Assembly: GCA_016213695.1 (NCBI GenBank)
Contig: JACQZV010000002.1
Coordinates: forward strand, 770-64,769
Source: Acidobacteriota bacterium
Lineage (GTDB): Bacteria > Acidobacteriota > Vicinamibacteria > Vicinamibacterales > UBA2999
DNA length: 64,000 nt
Reading direction: 5' to 3'
In this document: in pieces, positions 59,972-64,000 of the stretch
Layout: each line of letters starts with the position of its first letter
Position numbering within the stretch: the stretch's first letter is position 1
Program-made: the position numbers and the translations under genes
Notes under the pieces: model-generated
Seen by the model: only the letters and a program-made list of their open reading frames with translations
What the model was told of the DNA's origin: nothing
The model's database searches: none

Positions 59972-60719
59972 GGCGGGCATCGCCGAGATAGAGCGCGCGC
60001 ACCTGCGGATGCTCGCTGATCTCGCGCGGGCTGCCTTCGGCCAGCACCTCGCCGGCCACCAGCACGACGACGCGCGTCGCAAAGCGAAAGACGACGTCGA
60101 TGTCGTGTTCGATGAGCAGCACCGCCATCGACGTCGGCAGCTGCTCGATGGCCTCGAAGATGATGCCGACGTCGGCGCGCGGGACGCCGGCGGCCGGTTC
60201 GTCGAGCAACAGAATCTTCGGCGCGAGCGCCAGGGCAAGAGCCAGCTCCACGATCCGCTGCACGCCGTACGGGAGCAGTTCGACCCGTCGCCCCGCATGG
60301 TCGGTCAGCCGGAGCATCGCCAGCATTCCAGCGACACGCCCGTCGATACTGGCGCGCGCGCGCCGGTCTGGCCACAGCCGTCCCGCCGCGCCCAGTTGCT
60401 CCGCGACGGCGAGCGCCAGATTCTCTTCGACTGTCAGCCGGCGGAAGAGGTTCGTAATCTGGAACGTGCGGCCGATGCCCGCTTTGACGCGCGCCGCTTC
60501 AGGCATCGCGGTCACGTTGCGCCCGCTCATCCAGATCTCGCCCGCGGTCGGAGCCAGCCGCCCCGAGATGAGGTTCACGAGGGTCGTCTTGCCGGCGCCG
60601 TTCGGGCCGATGAGCGCGCACCGCGCGCCCTCCTCGAGGCTCAATTGCACGTTGCGCGCGACGTCGAGCGACCCGAAGCGCTTCGAGACGCCGCGAACCT
60701 CGAGAGCGGCGCCCGTCAC
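59964..60719 (-). CDS. livG: branched-chain amino acid-type ABC transporter ATP-binding protein (LivG-like)
   Basis: Contains GPNGAGKTT, LPYGVQRIVELA and ILLLDEPAAG. The GTG start overlaps the upstream TGA (GTGA). Confidence 0.85.
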
Positions 60720-61663
60720 GAGCGCCTCCCCCGGATGCGCCTCGCGATCGCGGCCACCCCGGCGGTCAGCCCGCCCGGCGCCAGAAACACGATCGCGAGG
60801 AGCATCAGGCCAATCCAGAGATACCAGTTGGCCGGGTCTTCCCTCGCCAGATAGTCCTGCATGAAGACGTACACCGGCGCGCCCAGAAACGCGCCGTACC
60901 GGCGGCCCGCGCCGCCGAGGATCAGCATGATCAGTATTTCGCCCGAGAACTCCACGCTGACCGCGTTGAGCGCGACAAACTCGGTTACCTGTGCCTGAAG
61001 GGCGCCCGCCACGCCGGCGAGCGCCGCCGAGATCACGAACGCGGTGCGCAGGCGGGCGCCCACCGGCGTCCCGAGCGCGTGCATGCGGGCCTCGTTCTCG
61101 CGGATCCCGACGAGCGACTGTCCGAAACGCGAGTCGACGAGCGACCGGAACATGAGAAACGCGAACGCGAGCGTCGTGGCCGCATAGACGTACGCGACGC
61201 GGCCCGACAGGTCGAATGCGAATCGCCCCAGAAGCGGCGACATGGCGATGCCCTGTAAACCGTCGGCGCCGCCCGTCACCCCGCCCCACCTGTTGGCCGC
61301 CTCCTGGACGATGAGCACGGTCGCCAGACTCAGCATGATGAGCGTGAGCCGCCGGCTGCGCAGCAGGACCACGCCCGACAGCAGCCCGAGGAGGGCGGCC
61401 GCCGCGCCGCCGACGACGAGGCCGGCCACCGGATCGGCCGAGGCCCGCACCGCAAAGATGCCGGCGGCGTACGCCCCGGCGCCGAAGAACGCCGCATGCC
61501 CGAGCGTGATGAGGCCGCAATAGCCCACCAGCAGATCGAGCGACATCGCGCACAGCACGAGGATGGCCATGCGCGCGCCCAGATCGAGAGATCCGGGCGC
61601 CAGCATCGGGAACGCCGCGAGTCCCGCCAGGACGAGGCCGTCGAGCGCGCGCGTCGTCCTCAC
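60716..61663 (-). CDS. livM: ABC transporter permease (LivM-like)
   Basis: 315 aa and polytopic. Contains LDLLVGYCGLITLGHAAFFGAGAY. GTGA overlap with the upstream gene. Confidence 0.8.
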   Translation of the reverse strand: MRTTRALDGLVLAGLAAFPMLAPGSLDLGARMAILVLCAMSLDLLVGYCGLITLGHAAFFGAGAYAAGIFAVRASADPVAGLVVGGAAAALLGLLSGVVLLRSRRLTLIMLSLATVLIVQEAANRWGGVTGGADGLQGIAMSPLLGRFAFDLSGRVAYVYAATTLAFAFLMFRSLVDSRFGQSLVGIRENEARMHALGTPVGARLRTAFVISAALAGVAGALQAQVTEFVALNAVSVEFSGEILIMLILGGAGRRYGAFLGAPVYVFMQDYLAREDPANWYLWIGLMLLAIVFLAPGGLTAGVAAIARRIRGRRS

Positions 61664-62547
61664 GCGTCCGTCTTTGGGGCGAGGCCGTGCGGGTGGCGGA
61701 AGAGCACCGCCATCACGAGGAGCAGCACGACCACACGCCCGAGGTCGGGCAGAAAGTAGCGGATCGTCGTGTCCGCGACGCCGAAGGCCAGCGCCGCGTA
61801 GAGCGCGCCGCGGATGTTGCCGAGCCCGGCGACGGCCACCACGATCAGGACGTAGACGAGATACTCGTTTGGATAGCCGGGATGAATCGGCAGCAGGCCG
61901 GCGCCGAGGCCTCCGCCGAGCGCCGCGAGCGCGCAGCCGAGCCCGAACGACCACGTGAAGAGCCGGCTGACATTGATCCCCACCGACTCGGCCATCCGCC
62001 GGTTGTCCACCGCCGCGCGAATCGACGCGCCGAATCGCGTGCGCTCGACCCCCGCCCAGACCGCCAGTGAGACGAGGGCGCCGACGCCGATGAGGAAGAT
62101 GCGGTAGGCGGGAAACACGCCGATGCCGATGTTCACGCGCGCCGACAGCCACGCGGGCAGCTCAATCGGCTGGGCCAGCGGTCCAAAGGCATATCGGGCA
62201 ATCGCCATCGACACGAAGATGAGGCCGATCGAGAAGAGCACCTGCTCCAGGATGGGCGCCGCGTAGAGGCGGCGATAGAGCGCGCGCTCGAGCAGCATGC
62301 CGAACGCGCCGACGAGCACGGCGGCTGCGAGAACGGCGGGCACGAACGGGAATCCGGCCCGGGACATCGCGGCCACCGTCACGTAGCCCCCCGCCATGGC
62401 AAAGACGCCATGCGCGAGGTTGACGAACCGCATCAGGCCGAGCGTGACGGACAGGCCGACGGAGAGCAGATACAGGACCGCCCCGTACGCGATGCCGTAG
62501 AACGCGAGGGTGATCAGGAGGTCGGCGACGGGTGCAGCTCCTTCCAC
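61660..62547 (-). CDS. livH: ABC transporter permease (LivH-like)
   Basis: 295 aa. Contains FVNLAHGVFAMAGGY. The only canonical start is GTG 62547, which overlaps the binding-protein gene by 34 nt. Confidence 0.8.
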   Translation of the reverse strand: MEGAAPVADLLITLAFYGIAYGAVLYLLSVGLSVTLGLMRFVNLAHGVFAMAGGYVTVAAMSRAGFPFVPAVLAAAVLVGAFGMLLERALYRRLYAAPILEQVLFSIGLIFVSMAIARYAFGPLAQPIELPAWLSARVNIGIGVFPAYRIFLIGVGALVSLAVWAGVERTRFGASIRAAVDNRRMAESVGINVSRLFTWSFGLGCALAALGGGLGAGLLPIHPGYPNEYLVYVLIVVAVAGLGNIRGALYAALAFGVADTTIRYFLPDLGRVVVLLLVMAVLFRHPHGLAPKTDA

Positions 62548-63722
62548 GGATCCTTGACGGAGGGAATCGTGGCGAACTCCACGTTCCGGAGCTCGCCGTC
62601 AACCTTCTCGACGCGCCGGATGTAGACGTTCTGAATGACGTCGCGGGTGTCCGGATCGATCTGCATCGGGCCGCGCGGGCTTTCCGCGTTGCTCCAGTGC
62701 GCGAGGAAATCCCGCGTGCGCGTCGGATCGAGCGTCCCTTCCTGCGCGCGGATGGCCGCGAAGATGGCCGCCATCCCGTCCCAGCCGCCCACCGCAAAAT
62801 AGTTCGGCAGGCTGTCAGCGCCGTACGCCTTCTTCCACTCGGCGACAAACGTCCGGTTGGCCGGACGGTCCCCCGCCGCCGAATAGTGCGACGCCGAAAT
62901 GACCCCGAGCGCCGCATCCCCCATGTTCTTCAGCTCGTCGTCCGGGACGACGGCGTTGGGACCGACAAGCTGCACGCCTGCGGCCGCCAGACCGAGGTCG
63001 TGGTACGCCTTGACGAACCGCGTGGCCTCCGGTCCGCCGGGATTGAAATTGAACAGCGCCTGCGGCTTGTCCCTCCGGACGCGCTCGAGGAAGGGCACGT
63101 AATCGGCCGTCCGCACCGGCGCACGAATCGAACTGACGATGGCGCCGCCCGCTTCCGTGAAGCCGCGCACGAACGCCTCTTCCGAATCGACGCCGGCCGC
63201 ATAGTCGCTGACGATCGTCGAGGCGCGCCTCATGCCGTTTGACGCGACCCACCTGCCGAGGTGATAGCTGTGCTGCCACGTCGTGAAGGCGACCCGGACG
63301 ATGAAGGGCGACAGGCGCGTCGTGCTGGCGGTGCCGCTCGACATCACGAGATACGGGATGCCGGCCTCGGTCACGAGCGGCGCGATGGCGCTCACATTCG
63401 GCGTCCACTGGCCGCCGGTAAGCAGCTGCACGCCCTCGCGCACGATCAGCTCGCGCGCCAGGCGCTTGGCGACGTCGGGCGTCGGACCCGTTTCATCGCG
63501 CTTGATGAGCTGCAGCTCCACGCCCGCCGGCAGATCCGTGCGATGCAGCGTGCGATAGAGCTCGGCCCCGCGGTCGATGGCTTCACCAATCGATGCGTCC
63601 GGTCCGGAGTAGGTGAGGATGATGCCGACCTTGACGGTCTTTGCTGCCGCCGGCGCCCCCGCGCGGCACCCGGCCAGCGCAAGGATGGCGACCCCGATTG
63701 GAGCGGCCAGCGCCTTCTTCAT
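62514..63722 (-). CDS. ABC transporter periplasmic substrate-binding lipoprotein (LivK/PBP1 family)
   Basis: 402 aa with lipobox ILALAGC. Contains the typical VKVGIILTYSGP...IGEA opening. Confidence 0.85.
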   Translation of the reverse strand: MKKALAAPIGVAILALAGCRAGAPAAAKTVKVGIILTYSGPDASIGEAIDRGAELYRTLHRTDLPAGVELQLIKRDETGPTPDVAKRLARELIVREGVQLLTGGQWTPNVSAIAPLVTEAGIPYLVMSSGTASTTRLSPFIVRVAFTTWQHSYHLGRWVASNGMRRASTIVSDYAAGVDSEEAFVRGFTEAGGAIVSSIRAPVRTADYVPFLERVRRDKPQALFNFNPGGPEATRFVKAYHDLGLAAAGVQLVGPNAVVPDDELKNMGDAALGVISASHYSAAGDRPANRTFVAEWKKAYGADSLPNYFAVGGWDGMAAIFAAIRAQEGTLDPTRTRDFLAHWSNAESPRGPMQIDPDTRDVIQNVYIRRVEKVDGELRNVEFATIPSVKDPWKELHPSPTS

Positions 63723-64000
63723 CGCGGCCGCTTGTCGACGACGATGACGCCGCCCTTGATGACGACGGTCGCGTTCAGCAGATTCCAGTAACCATCGAGT
63801 GGATTGCCGTTGAGGATCACCAGGTCGGCGAGTTTCCCGGGCTCGACCGTGCCGAGATCCTGGCTCCTGTTGATGAAGGCGGCGGTGTTCGGTCCCATCA
63901 GCGTCACGAGGTCCCGCGGCGAGAACATCACGTTCAGCGCGCGCAATTCGTGGGCGAGCCCGAGTGCCGGGTGATAGTTCGTGTCGGTCCCGTAGCCATA
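63719..64000 (-). CDS. amidohydrolase-family protein, C-terminal part only (gene runs off the window)
   Basis: The frame is open to the window end. The C-terminal segment GTVEPGKLADLVILNGNPL is typical of metal-dependent amidohydrolases. The stop overlaps the next gene's start by 4 nt. Confidence 0.6.
   Translation of the reverse strand, partial: YGYGTDTNYHPALGLAHELRALNVMFSPRDLVTLMGPNTAAFINRSQDLGTVEPGKLADLVILNGNPLDGYWNLLNATVVIKGGVIVVDKRPR

Overview
High-GC (by eye about 68-70%) chromosomal segment from a Gram-negative bacterium. The gene families and style suggest a soil Acidobacteriota/Gemmatimonadota-like organism, but that is inference only. I call about 50 protein genes and one tRNA-Leu(UAA). 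I see no rRNA, CRISPR array, transposase or integrase. Content is mostly housekeeping or accessory metabolism plus many secreted and outer-membrane proteins: pgi, three sigma-54 enhancer-binding proteins, an M1 aminopeptidase, a methylcrotonyl-CoA-carboxylase-like operon, bfr/osmC, M28 and M48 peptidases, and a Liv-type ABC importer followed by a UbiD-family decarboxylase. The items most worth a second look are these. (1) One uninterrupted 2,217-aa ORF joins a TamB/AsmA-like module (with a DUF490-like end) to five POTRA repeats and an Omp85 barrel. (2) A co-directional block encodes a secreted MBL-fold hydrolase followed by four tandem paralogous ~760-aa predicted outer-membrane proteins (CBM9-like N-terminus, DUF5916-like barrel); the second paralog has no usable start codon after the upstream stop. 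(3) Two lipoprotein genes about 4 kb apart each carry a single in-frame stop (TAA, TAG) inside an apparently continuous domain. (4) A set of intergenic hairpins have arms built from 7-10 nt tandem word repeats; one of them encloses a decayed four-helix-bundle (23S rRNA IVS protein-like) ORF. (5) A two-gene segment with apparently lower GC encodes a CxxCH protein and a 13-Asp-box propeller protein. The many long antisense or alternative-frame ORFs in the track are high-GC shadow ORFs. All family assignments come from reading motifs by eye; no database search was run.
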